Source of the DNA: Nemertoderma westbladi
Taxonomy: Eukaryota > Animalia > Xenacoelomorpha
Assembly: GCA_032718475.1 (NCBI GenBank)
Contig: JAUCBJ010002025.1
Location: 1-40,115, forward strand
Reading direction: 5' to 3'
DNA: 40,115 bases
This document shows, one piece after another, positions 11,701 to 23,685 of this stretch. The position numbers were made by a program, and so were the translations under genes. The notes under the pieces are model-generated. The model searched no databases. It had not been told where the DNA came from and worked only from the letters and a program-made list of their open reading frames with translations. The stretch's first letter is position 1, and every line of letters begins with the position of its first letter.

Positions 11701-13577
11701 TAGAGGGTGAGGCGGGGGTGAATAGACCCAGCCGCAGTAGAGTTAGTGCGTCGACTAGAGAGGGGTGTAGAATTGAAGTGAGAGATAGTGAAGTGATAGG
11801 TGGCGAGCGGGGGGGGGGGGGGGGGGGCTATAGGAGCCCCACAACGAGAGATTAGTGGCGAGAGGGGGGGGGGGGAGAGAGTGCCCTATGAGCGTAGGCG
11901 GATAATGCGCGGGGCGAATTAGGTGAACCGCAGCACCCGACAATGGAGAATATTAGGGGGATTGCGATTATCCCCAGCGGCGTGTGGCCGAGTAGAGAGA
12001 GAGAGGTTAACGTCGCGAGAGGGCGAGCGACGAGACGTCGAGCCCAGTCAGAAGAGGGAAGAAGAACAGTGGAGTTTAACCGGGAGGTCGACGAGAGATC
12101 TCACGAGCGGGGATACTGCACTGCAGAGAGAAGAAGGCAAGAGAGTAGAAGAGGTGTCGTTGCGAATGACAAAAGAGCAAGGACGGATAGCGAGCCGTCG
12201 GTAGTAGAGATGGAGACGGAGAGTCGGTGGGGTCGAACTCTGGGAGATTGCCGTCGTCCCGAAAAGACGCGACGTGACGAGGCGTATTACATGCCGAGAG
12301 AAGGGTACAGGGTGTACCGGTACGAGGAAGAGAACAGTAGAGGGGATCGAAGAGAAACTTCCCGACGGGATATACCTGCCGATCGAGACTACGGTAGCTG
12401 CGGGGAGGATTATTCGAGAAGGTTAAACTTCGATCGCGAGCGACACATACAGAATGCAGGACATACTGTAGGCCTTACTGCACATACCATAGGCCATACT
12501 GGGAGAGATAATATAGGCGATAGGGCAGTGCGGACGACGGGATTGAACCCGGAAGTCGCGGAGTATATACCGGTAGGTAGGCCAGAAGTGGATAGGCCTA
12601 TACCGGTACCAGCACAGCAGTATGACTACAGCATGCAAGGACATAACATATATCCAGGGGAGGGGAGCGTTATTGCGGATAGGTGCATGGGCCCCAATAT
12701 ATTAACATCAACCCCAGTATCAGTATCAAACATACCGGTGGGGGGGGGGGGGGGACAGGGTGACATTCCCCCATCGCAATATCAACAATATACTCCAATA
12801 GGAACAAGAACATCGAACCCCCTGGACGAAAACAGATCATGCGACACCGAAATATGGAGGGGGCCGCTACCCCCTATGATATATCCGACGCAAAGAAAAA
12901 CAGCAGATAGGACGGGCGGACCACACCCAACAGAAGAATCTATACAACATCCATCGAACCCATTGGAAGCACAAGCGATGGGAATGGCTACATTAATCGA
13001 TGCATTAAAAACCAGGATCGAGTTACCACCCGTAGAACCATTTAAATTCGATTGAAGTAGGCCGGAAGAATACCTGCAGTTTCGGCGCATGTATAGCAAT
13101 GAAATACTGACAAAAAACCTGACGCAGGCGGAGTGCCTAAAATATCTACAAGTGTATACAGGAGGCCCAGCATACGATATCGTGAGGCAGTACCGGGGCA
13201 TCGAGGGTGGCTTCACGACAGCATGGCGGACGCTAGACAGGAAGTACGGGCACCCGGCCAAGATCATCCGGCAAACCCTGAGAGGTATAACATCGGGTGG
13301 CCTACAGGATAATCCCGTTAGCATAAAGACGTTTGCGAACAAAGTTGAGAAAGCGCTAATCGGGTTAAAGACGCTAGATGCGCCATACGAACTCAACGCA
13401 TCTAATAACATCACCACGATAGCGCAGGCACTACCGATTTGGCTGCGCAATAAGTGGAGGAAAATCGCTTTCTCCACTCGAGAAAGGAAGGGTGCGGAAC
13501 CGGGCCTAGAAGAAATGTTGAGCTTCTTGAACTATGAAGCCGAACTAATAACATACCCAGTCTATAGCGAGACTGCA

Positions 13578-16434
13578 CAGACTGGACAGACTGATGAGGT
13601 TCTGATTAAGGACATGGGGGGCGGTTGGCGACTCGCCCTCGCGTCAGCAGATGATAGTGGCAATGGTGGAATTGGTCTATTGATGAATCCAACTGCACAT
13701 GCAGCATTGGACAAAATAGACCAAATCTCTAACCGCATCATCCATTGCCACTTCTCATGTTCTGGAAGACTGGCTAAGAAGTTTTCTAAGGTGGTTCTGA
13801 TTGTGTGCTACTCTCCAACTAGTGTTGCCCCTGTAGAGGAGGTGGAAAATTTCTACCACAATCTACAAGCAGCTACTGATGGAGTGGATCATCATGCATT
13901 CTTAACATTCCTGGGAGACTTTAATGCAAGTCTGCATCAATCACCTACATCGCCCTGGGTCTATAGCAATAGTGTTAACCGAAATTCTGTCCATCTTCAT
14001 GATTTTATCTCTGGAAATGGATTGTTTTCGGCTGGAACCCAGTTCAAAAAGCGAACTGGAAAGCTATGGACTCATAGTGGACCCAGTGGTCACAAGTCCC
14101 AGATAGACCATATTCTGTTTCGTAGGAAATACAGGAGCTCTATACAAGACTGTAATGCATTTACACTTCGACCCTTCTCCAGTGATCACCGCCTTATTGT
14201 GGCCAAGGTAAGACTTAGTCTGCGTGCTAGCAGAACAACGAAATCTGCCTTGCCGCGGCATGACTGGTCCTCTCTGTTGCAACAGCCAAGTGTGAGATCC
14301 AGCTTCACACGATAGCTGAGCAACAGGTATGAGGCTCTTGCCTCTGAGGCGGCAGATCACTGTGAGGGCTATACTGCCTTTACAGAAGCAGTTAAGATAG
14401 CAGCTGCAGAAACAGTTCCTGCATACCCTCGAAACAGGAAAAGGGCCCCCTGGACTGACAACAAAATTCAGAAGTGCCGAAATGACCTTCATAAGGCGCA
14501 GAAAGAGTCCCGACTCAAACAAACTACAGCGGCCAAGAATGCAGTTAAGGCTGCATCTAGGTCCATGAACAGGCAGTACTCTGCTAATCTGCAGGAGCTA
14601 ATAAACCAACAGGTTGATGCCATCAATGATGCTGACGACAGCAGGCAATCATCCCAGGCATGGAAATCGATCAATCTGCTTACTGGGCGGAAAAGCCAAC
14701 CAACCACCAAGGTTAAGGCTGAATCACCAGCCGATCGCCTCAATGGTTGGAAAGCCCACTTTGAAAAGCTCCTCAATAATGACACGGTATTGCCTGATAA
14801 CTTTATAGAAGTAAAAGTGTCTGAGTCTGTACTCCCAGATATTCCCATTGGCGATATCTCCTTTGCAGAAGTGAAGGCTGCTGCAAAGAGCATTAAGACC
14901 AATCGTGCCAGTGGAGTATATGGTGTTCCCCCTGAGGTCTTTAAAATACCTGAGTGTTTAAAGCTCATCTATCCCATCATAGTAGACATGTACCGAACAA
15001 CAAGAGTCCCACAAGAAATGAAAACAAATAAGTTGGTGCCAGTTCCCAAGAAGGGCAACCTAACACTCTATGGTTCTTTTCAGGGAATCTCATTGATCTC
15101 GATTGCTGCAAAGCTATACAATAGGATTCTATTAAATCGCATCAGGGATCCCATTGAGAGACTGCTCCGTGGAAATTAGAATGGGTTCCGTAAAGGTCGT
15201 GGGACCATGGAGCCCATTTTGGCACTTAGAAGGATAATTGAAGAGTTATCAAAAAAGAAAGACAGGCATCTGGCTGTTATCTTTGTTGACTTCTTCAAGG
15301 CCTTTGATTCAGTCTCTCGCTCACGTATGTTCAGCATACTTTCATTATATGGGATTCCTGATGAAATTATTGCAGCAATCAGATCAGTATATGATGATTC
15401 GACAACATTTGTGTCTACTGTTGACGGTGACACAGAACCATTTGAAGTGTTATGGGGCGTCCTCCAAGGAGACACACTTGCACCATTCTTGTTCATTATT
15501 GTGGTTGACTATGTTCTACGCATGTCCTTAGATCATCATAATGATGATGGGGTGATGATAACTCCACCTACTGGCTCCAGAAGTCGAGGAAATCCTGCCA
15601 AGTACCTAACTGATCTAGACTTTGCTGATGACTTAGGAGTACTCTCAGAATCATTAGAGGGAGCCCAACGGCTCCTCAGCTCATTAGAACATGCTGCTTC
15701 TAGTGTTGGTCTTTTTATTAACTCCAGAAAGACCAAAATTCTGACAGTTCACTTTGAAAGTCCTCAGCAAGTCTCTGATTGGATGAGCATAAGCTCAAAG
15801 GATGGTATGCTTGAGCATGTGGACGACTTCTGTTACCTGGGATCATAGATCCGGAAGTCAGGTGAGGACCTTCGAATACGTAAGGGAAAGGCATGGGCAG
15901 CCTTGAATAGGCTTTCCAGGATTTGGAAGTCACCGAGAATTAATCGGAAACTTAAGGTCCGATTATTTAGAGCAGCAGTAGTTCCAGTACTCCTCTACGG
16001 GAGTCCATGCTGGGCTCTAACTGCTGAGGACACCAAATCTCTGGATGGCACATTCACAAGAATGCTACGCCGGGTTCATTGTGTCAAGTACAATGCACAC
16101 ATCTCCAACCAGACACTATATAACATTGGAGGTGTCTCATTGGTTCCCCCAAGCTTGACACTAGAACAAAATCGCCTCCGCTTTGCAGGACATTGCTTTC
16201 GCTGTGAGGACCAGCCAGTGCATAATCTTGTACTTTGGCAGCCTCATGGAGTGAATAAGCATGGTGGACAGCCCATGACTTTCTTGAGACGCATCTTAAA
16301 GTGCTCTGGCCTTAGATTCGTCATCTAGCAAATGTCATGGGTGATAGGGAGTTGTGGCGGTGCAATTTTGTTGACAAGCCGGTACAGCATTCTTAAAAAT
16401 GCAGCTGCAATGCAGCATGCCGATCCTAGTAGTA
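13578..16434 (+). mobile_element. RTE-like LINE, slightly 5'-truncated, APE endonuclease plus RT pseudogene, inserted in B2 gag
   Basis: APE motifs (YSPT, GDFNA, QIDHIL, SDH); RT motifs (GVLQGDTLAPFLF, DFADD); TAG stops at 14313, 15177 and 15846; very short 3' UTR and (TAG)n tail. The 5' junction is approximate. Confidence 0.92.
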
Positions 16435-18055
16435 AAGGATAGCCTGGGAAAGGGACCAAAGACCGAATACCACAGGCCGAAACCAGAACACAACGCGGCG
16501 AACGCATTGCCAAAGCTCAGACAATCGCTGCCATACGCGGCGACGCAGGGGACTGCTAGTCCACATGTAGCCGGGGGTAAGACCACATCATGGAGCGGAC
16601 AGGGGAAAAATAATAACACAAATAAACATAACCCCAACACGCCCAGTAGGCCGAACCCAAACAATAAGAACAGTAGGGACTTCGGTACGAATGCAAGTGC
16701 GATATGCAGCGCACTATATAAGGACGGCTACAACCCTAAGAATAAATGCCAATTACACACGAACGCACTTCATCAGACCATGAACTGCAGATATTGGCAA
16801 GCACTACCCAGGGAAGATCAGATAGAATACGCGAGGAGAAACGAAATCTGTTCGCGATGTGTGATGAGTGGACATAGAGCTAACCAATGCAAGGAAACAC
16901 CAATTAAGTTGGGTCAAAGTAAAGGACAGACGATGGCGACAATCACTGTAGGGACGAAGAAGAGAGGAACGGTACTACTCGGGGTAGTACCAGTAAGGGT
17001 AATCGGGGAAGGCGATCGATCAGTAATCACACTGATGCTGGTCGACAGTGGAGCAGCCTTCACATTGGTCGATAATTGGGTGGCCGAGGCGATAGGATTG
17101 AAGACGAGGCCAAGTAGAATGGCGGTAACAACCATCTCCAGCAAAGATGAGGTCCTGGAGATGAGGACTGGACGGTGCGGGATAGCAGCGATAGCACCGG
17201 GATGCGATTATGGGGCGACGATCGACCCCATCCAGGTGATAGAGTCGATAAATATCAACGCCAGGCGACCAACCAACATCGAGGTCGAACAATATAGGTT
17301 CCTGGACAATATCGACTTCTCGATACCAGAAGTGGGCGTTAGGAAGGTATCCATTATAGTAGGAATGGACTGCCCAACGGCCCACGAGAGAATGCAGACG
17401 GTCTTCGGCGAAGACAGACAGTGCGATCTGGTGGCGATTTTAACACCATTCGGGTGGACGCTGAGCGGCCCAATTAAAACCAAGATACCATTTAGGATGT
17501 CGGAGACATCAGGGTGCATGTTCGCGGGAACTATGAGAGATGGGAGATGAGGGAGCGGAGGAGCAGCTCAGGAGACTGCTTAGGCAGGATTTCGAGGGAT
17601 TGAAAGAGACCGGAGTAGGAACCTCGGTAGAAGATAAACAGGCTTTACGAAGCGTAAAGGAATCGATGACATGCGACAAGGGGCGGTACACCATAGGGAT
17701 GGCATGGAAACAACCAAAACTACCGTTACCCGACAACATAGGAATGGTACTCACGAGGCTTCGTAAGTTGAAGCAAACGCTAAGACGAAGCCCCGAAAAG
17801 AATGAGTACATTCATAAGACTATAAGAAAGTACGTCGAGAAAGGATGGGCCGTGGAGTTACTGGTCGATGAACCGAGCACGGACAGGACCTATTACCTAC
17901 CACTTCACGTGGCTCTAGATCCGAAGAAAGGTAAACTGCGGATGGTAGTTGACGCATCGGCTAAGACCAACGGCAAATGCCTAAACGATTATCTGTTAGA
18001 GGGTCCCAATATCTACAACTAAGGGATCGAGGTCCTACTCAGATTTAGAAACGGG
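16435..18055 (+). pseudogene. pol: B2 gag zinc knuckles, aspartic protease and N-terminal RT fragment
   Basis: CQLHTNALHQTMNC, CSRCVMSGHRANQC, LVDSGA, TPFGWTLSGP, YYLPLH, KLRMVVDAS, LNDYLLEGP; frameshift near 17545, TAA at 18020. Confidence 0.88.
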
Positions 18056-18901
18056 AGGGGCGAGGAGATAGACGTGGACAGGGACGCTAACGTCCAAAAG
18101 TTCGCTTACCAGCGATTCCACAGACCGCGGAGATCGCTTGGGACGAAAGACGACGTGGGGCGGGAGACATTGGTACTCGGCTGCGATTACTGCGGGAGGC
18201 AGACTCACCAGGAAAGGAGCTGTTTGTACCGATTCCAGAATGGGACTAGTTGTCTCTACTGCCGCGAGTCGAGCCACAGGATGGGGACGTGTCCACGGTT
18301 GCACAACTGGTGTTCTAAGTGCAACTTCCAGGGGCACTACGGATGCCAGTGCGACTGGATGGACGACGAGGAGAAGTTTAGGATCTTCGAGGAGTGGGCC
18401 GACATCGGTGCCATGACCCGACAGCGCATGAAGGCCCAGGAGTTCCGGTGGGGCTTCTTTAATATCAACCAGGAGGCCCACCTGGAGATTATTAAACGGA
18501 GACTTCCGTTTACCTATCAGGAGGTGTCGACGGCGGCGTCGTATGCCGGAGTGATAAATACGCAGAGGTATTTGGACAGGTGGACGCCACAGAACCGGGG
18601 ACAGTTCAGAGATTTCTTGGCGGAGCATGTGCCGCGGGCGATGAAAGTGATCCTATGGGACGCCACTAGGGGGAATCAACAGGGCCATTCGGAGGGGCCG
18701 CCCACGAAGCGATACCGGGAGCTGATAACACCAGCGCCCAAGGAGTCGACGACGGGAATTAGTAGAGAGGTAACAGCGAGGGTCAGGAATCTGAAAGGAG
18801 ATAATGCCAAGGGAGCGGCAGCAGCCAGGAAACGACCGAGGGAGGAGGACGACAGGGGGAAGGAGTTGAAATGGTTCCCAAAGTCGGGTGGAACGAACTA
18901 G
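18056..18901 (+). CDS. C-terminal part of an accessory 3' ORF with three CCHC zinc knuckles, fused by deletion to the RT fragment
   Basis: CDYCGRQTHQERSC, CLYCRESSHRMGTCP, CSKCNFQGHYGCQC, FEEWAD; aligns by eye with the C-terminal part of ORF 24957-27152; lies just upstream of the PPT and LTR. Confidence 0.75.
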   Translation, partial: RGEEIDVDRDANVQKFAYQRFHRPRRSLGTKDDVGRETLVLGCDYCGRQTHQERSCLYRFQNGTSCLYCRESSHRMGTCPRLHNWCSKCNFQGHYGCQCDWMDDEEKFRIFEEWADIGAMTRQRMKAQEFRWGFFNINQEAHLEIIKRRLPFTYQEVSTAASYAGVINTQRYLDRWTPQNRGQFRDFLAEHVPRAMKVILWDATRGNQQGHSEGPPTKRYRELITPAPKESTTGISREVTARVRNLKGDNAKGAAAARKRPREEDDRGKELKWFPKSGGTN

Positions 18902-19152
18902 AACTTGGGTGTGGAGATGCCTGGAAGGCGCCACATGTGAAGTAATACGAACTCCTAACTGCAGATTTAATTAAAAGTGCAATTAGTATGTACGTATGTA
19001 ATAATCATTAGTTTAGTCAAAATAAGCAAATATAATCAAAGTAAGTACTATAGTCATATAACCTTTTCCAATTAGCTACTGGGACTGGGGACCAATTGAC
19101 TATGACAAGACGAGACATTGGACGACTTCACACTTCTTGAGTGCGACGGCAC

Positions 19153-19163
19153 AGGAGGGGGGG
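19153..19163 (+). promoter_or_regulatory. Polypurine tract of B2
   Basis: AGGAGGGGGGG immediately before TG at 19164. Confidence 0.65.
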
Positions 19164-19803
19164 TGAGACTCGTCAGGAGTGAGTGGGTTGAGATAGGGGT
19201 TGAGTAATAGCGCGGAGAGAGTGCGGGTGCAATTCAAGTGTGGGGGGGGGAGAAGCAAGAGGCAAAGCGAGGGACAGGGAGGTCCGAGAGATAGGGTGAA
19301 AGAGAGCTTAGAGTCAGTTAGAGCGAGTTAGAGTGGTGAGAGTGTTGGTGAAACAAAAATTGTGTGAGAGAAACCCACAATCAGCCCGACACGGGATGCC
19401 AGATGTCTTGGAGATAGATGAATCTTGATAGATGAAGTTGCACCAAGACTGGGTAGCAATATCATACCCATTGGGAGCGGCCTGGATAGCCGGCTCCAAG
19501 AAAAATAACTCCACCCCACACCCGATAGTAGATCGGGATCCAGCGGAATTGAAGCGCACTTGAGGTGGATGCTATCTTCTCACCGGGAAGACAGCATGGG
19601 GGGGAGTGTTAGCGGATTCAATTCCGCTAACCACCCCATAAAGTTGGGAAAACGGCACCTTTAAGCAATATTGGGAAGCACGAGGTTGATTGCCAATCAA
19701 CCTCGTGTCACCCCCAATAAACGGGGACGACAAACCCCAAAGGGCCGCACACAGAGGGAGGTTAGAGGTTAAACCTCCGGGAGGGGAAAGTAACAGCAGT
19801 GGG
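19164..19803 (+). repeat. 3' LTR of B2 (right end uncertain, abuts LINE)
   Basis: Starts with TG after the PPT, contains AATAAA and the segment repeated at 9315-9395. Confidence 0.65.
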
Positions 19804-21503
19804 GGAAAGCCCACTTTGAAAAGCTCCTCAATAATGACAGGGTATTGCCTGATAACTTTATAGAAGTAAAAGTGTCTGAGTCTGTACTCCCAGATATTCC
19901 CATTGGCGATATCTCCTTTGCAGAAGTGAAGGCTGCTGCAAAGAGCATTAAGACCAATCGTGCCAGTGGAGTAGATGGTGTTCCCCCTGAGGTCTTTAAA
20001 ATACCTGAGTGTTTAAAGCTCATCTATCCCATCATAGTAGACATGTACCGTACATCAAGAGTTCCACAAGAAATGAAAACAAATAAGTTGGTGCCAGTTC
20101 CCAAGAAGGGCAACCTAACACTCTATGGTTCTTTTCGGGGAATCTCATTGATCTCGATTGCTGCAAAACTATACAATAGAATTCTATTAAATCGCATCAG
20201 GGATCCCATTGAGAGACTGCTACGTGGAAATCAGAATGGGTTCCGTAAAGGTCGTGGGACCATGGAGCCCATTTTGGCACTTAGAAGGATAATTGAAGAG
20301 TTATCAAAAAAGAAAGACAGGCATCTGGCTGTTATCTTTGTTGACTTCTTCAAGGCCTTTGATTCAGTCTCTCGCTTACGTATGTTCAGCATACTTTCAT
20401 TATATGGGATTCCTGATGAAATTATTGCAGCAATCAGATCAGTATACGATGGTTCGACAACATTTGTGTCTACTGTTGACGGTGACACAGAACCATTTGA
20501 AGTGTTATGGGGCGTCCTCCAAGGAGACACACTTGCACCGTTCTTGTTCATTATTGTGGTTGACTATGTTCTACGCATGTCCTTAGATCATCATAATGAT
20601 GATGGGGTGATGATAACTCCACCTACTGGCTCCAGAAGTCGAGGAAATCCTGCCAAGTACCTAACTGATCTAGACTTTGCTGATGACTTAGGAGTACTCT
20701 CAGAATCATTAGAGGGAGCCCAGCGGCTCCTCAGCTCATTAGAACATGCTGCTTCTAGTGTTGGTCTTTTTATTAACTCCAGAAAGACCAAAATTCTGAC
20801 AGTTAACTTTGAAAGTCCTCAGCAAGTCTCTGATCGGATGAGCATAAGCTCAAAGGATGGTATGCTTGAGCATGTGGACGACTTCTGTTACCTGGGATCA
20901 TGGATCCGGAAGTCAGGTGAGGACCTTCGAATACGTAAGGGAAAGGCATGGGCAGCCTTGAATAGGCTTTCCAGAATTTGGAAGTCACCTAGAATTAATC
21001 GGAAACTTAAGGTCCGATTATTTAGAGCAGCAGTAGTTCCAGTACTCCTCTACGGGAGTCCATGCTGGGCTCTAACTGCAGAGGACACCAAATCTCTGGA
21101 TGGCACATTCACAAGAATGCTACGCCGGGTACATTGTGCCAAGTACAATGCACACATCTCCAACCAGACACTATATAACATTGGAGGTGTCTCATTGGTT
21201 CCCCCAAGCTTGACACTAGAACAAAATCGCCTCCGCTTTGCAGGACATTGCTTTCGCCGTGAGGACCAGCCAGTGCATAATCTTGTACTTTGGCAGCCTC
21301 ATGGAGTGAATAAGCATGGTGGACAGCCCATGACTTTCTTGAGACGCATCTTAAAGGACACTGACCTTAAAGATGCGGATGATCTAGCAAATGTCATGGG
21401 TGATAGGGAGTTGTGGCGGTGCAATTTTGTTGACAAGCCGGCACAGCATTCTTAAAAATGCAGCTGCAATGCAGCATGCCGATCCTAGTAGTAGTAGTAG
21501 TAG
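19804..21503 (+). mobile_element. 5'-truncated RTE-like LINE with (TAG)6 tail
   Basis: Near-identical to 14749-16434; tail at 21486-21503. Confidence 0.93.
19845..21455 (+). CDS. Non-LTR reverse transcriptase (open but 5'-truncated ORF)
   Basis: KKGN..FRGISL, QNGFRKGR, FVDFFKAFDSV, GVLQGD, DFADD, YLGS, RLRFAGH; no internal stop over 536 aa. Confidence 0.88.
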   Translation: MPDNFIEVKVSESVLPDIPIGDISFAEVKAAAKSIKTNRASGVDGVPPEVFKIPECLKLIYPIIVDMYRTSRVPQEMKTNKLVPVPKKGNLTLYGSFRGISLISIAAKLYNRILLNRIRDPIERLLRGNQNGFRKGRGTMEPILALRRIIEELSKKKDRHLAVIFVDFFKAFDSVSRLRMFSILSLYGIPDEIIAAIRSVYDGSTTFVSTVDGDTEPFEVLWGVLQGDTLAPFLFIIVVDYVLRMSLDHHNDDGVMITPPTGSRSRGNPAKYLTDLDFADDLGVLSESLEGAQRLLSSLEHAASSVGLFINSRKTKILTVNFESPQQVSDRMSISSKDGMLEHVDDFCYLGSWIRKSGEDLRIRKGKAWAALNRLSRIWKSPRINRKLKVRLFRAAVVPVLLYGSPCWALTAEDTKSLDGTFTRMLRRVHCAKYNAHISNQTLYNIGGVSLVPPSLTLEQNRLRFAGHCFRREDQPVHNLVLWQPHGVNKHGGQPMTFLRRILKDTDLKDADDLANVMGDRELWRCNFVDKPAQHS

Positions 21504-22260
21504 CTTCTCTCACCTCTCGTTCTTTACACTCATTCACTTCTCTCGCCTCTCGTTCTTTACGCTCTTTCACTTCCCTCTCAACCCTTTCTCTATACTCTTC
21601 TGCTTCCCTCACAGCCCTTTCTCTACACTCGTCTGCTTCCCTCGCAGCTCTCTCTCTTCACCATCCGGGTTTACCTTGGATGGTGTCATTCGAACTTGCC
21701 CATCCCACTAACTTAATCCCTCGCCTATCTATCAGATCTATCAGATAGGGTCCAATGTATACTCTACTGTATGGCGCTATCTCTGATCGCCACAATTCAA
21801 ACAGTTCTGTGGCGACCTCTCTCGCCCTCTCATTCGATAACTCGCCCTGCCCAAATCGGGCTAAATAATGAAAGTGTTTATCGCACTCACCCAGTCTGCG
21901 GTTTAGTTTGGCTTCATCTGACTTTGCTCCCTTCTTGGCATCGTTGAGGACCCTTCGGATGGCTATATATCCTCATCGCCACGTCCTCCTCCTGAACATC
22001 CTAGTCTCCCCATCTCGTTCAGTCCAGTGTGGCGGGTCGGTACTGCCTCATTGCCACCTCCCGAATTGTTGCGTCCCTGTCGCTGGGAGTACGCGGCAAA
22101 CTCCCACCCTTCTCTGAACTCTGGGGCGTTTCTCGTTCGCTCATGTTGGCGTCGCTGTTGGTGTGTCGTCGGCGTCACAGTTGTTCATGTCCCAGTTAAC
22201 TCATAGGTTTCGACTATGACGGGATCTGAGTTGGCTCAGGATCCCGACCGGTATGGTTTT
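21504..22260 (-). pseudogene. gag: Family B leader and gag N-terminus (probable 5' part of B1)
   Basis: Reverse complement is similar to 9450-10800 (CGACTAGGTGAGT.., GAACTGTT.GA.TTGTGG, EREARE repeats). Confidence 0.75.
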
Positions 22261-23685
22261 GTGTCGTGTTGAGTAAGCATTGCCACATTTAAGTGACTGG
22301 AAAGGCTGAAAGGCCGTAGGCTGGTGTATAATAAAGAGTTTATAGCTTATCGTTGTTAATAATAGCTGAAATATATAAGTACCAGTAAAATACAGCACAA
22401 TCAGTATATAGCACTGGCGACGATGGTCAAAACCGTCAGACTTCAACAGTAATTAATAGCCAACTGAACATAATCAATATTGGGTAACGGTTTTATACAC
22501 ATTGCTTAGAAAGCTTATTATACATTCCTACCTACATGTTGATCTACCAATAGATACGCGTTAATTGGACATGTAATGTCCCACCATTGGTTGGTTCTCC
22601 CTTCGCCACTCCTTATTCCCTCTACTCCTATGCCTTCCTCCCTGAGATAAATTGTTATCTATCTCCAAGCTGGCATTATATTGTGCTACATTCTCCTTGG
22701 TATGCAATATTATATTGGATATAATATTGCATACTTAACTGTGATTCATAAATCACTTTGTTCCCCATTTTCTCACTGGGTGGTGTGCAGTCTTAATCAC
22801 TCACTCACTGTTATATGGTCGCAAATACCAACAGTCTGTTTAGTTTCTCACCAAAACAATAAATATATTTATTTCCATTTATTTCTTCTTATTTCCTGGC
22901 TTCGCTTCCTAGTGAATTAAACTACTCTCGTAATGTAATGGTGCCTGTAGCTCTCATTGTGTGCGACATCTGACATCTGTAGATGTATGAATAATATATT
23001 AACATAGGTGAAAAGCAATCGGCTGTCCATTTGACAAATTTTAACTTTTAAATCATTAAGGACAATACGAAGTGGACACCTCCCCTTAATGCACCTAATG
23101 CCATTACTATTACATTTAATCGTTGATTAACAATGTTGATTTTAGTCATTTGTATAGTTTTTATTAATTTATATTATTTATTTATATTATGAACTGAACT
23201 CTACCTAATAGTAACATCCTTTTCTTGTTATAAAATATATTATTATGTTCTGTACATACGTGCGATCGGTGCGTTCCCCCATTATATTTTTACTTTATAT
23301 CTATGTTCTATAAATATTATAGCTACTGTACTTCTATCTAGGTATCTTACAATTCGCCACCTAGTGATTGACAGATGAACTACAGAAGTCTTTCTGTTTG
23401 TAGAGTTGCTAAACTTTTGATAGACTAGATGTGTACCAAGTTTGGATCCATAACATCAATGATGATTGACCCACTTATTAGCGTGTCAGACTGTCCACTA
23501 ATTATTAGGCTAGGTTAAGGTTCACCTAGACGTTTCTCAAACAATTCAAAATCAATTCAACAAATTAACACTAAAAAGACCAGACTTTGACTACCCCAAG
23601 TGAGTCAATTTTGACACACACCATTTTCCAGTTTAAATTAACCCCAATTGTCTGTCCATTCAAGACATATTTTTCACAACATAGC

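Larger units (their letters stand above)
9590..13577 (+). pseudogene. gag: B2 gag N-terminal to capsid-like region, broken by frameshifts and a TGA at 13053, interrupted by a LINE
   Basis: Chain of ORFs 9509/9819/10552/11154/11943/13089; ELPPVEPFKFD*SRPEEYLQF...LKYLQVYTGGPA...LDRKYG resembles the BEL/Pao gag core (DUF1759-type). Confidence 0.82.
9315..19803 (+). mobile_element. BEL/Pao family B copy B2: 5' LTR remnant, gag-pro, RT start, internal deletion, zinc-knuckle ORF, PPT, 3' LTR
   Basis: Direct repeat 9315-9395 = 19684-19764; gag, protease and RT motifs; purine tract at 19153-19163 followed by TG. Confidence 0.85.

Noticed and set aside
11092-12754. Poly-G runs as programmed frameshift or G-quadruplex signals
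   Set aside because: Homopolymer slippage or sequencing error explains the frame changes; no supporting conservation visible in the window.
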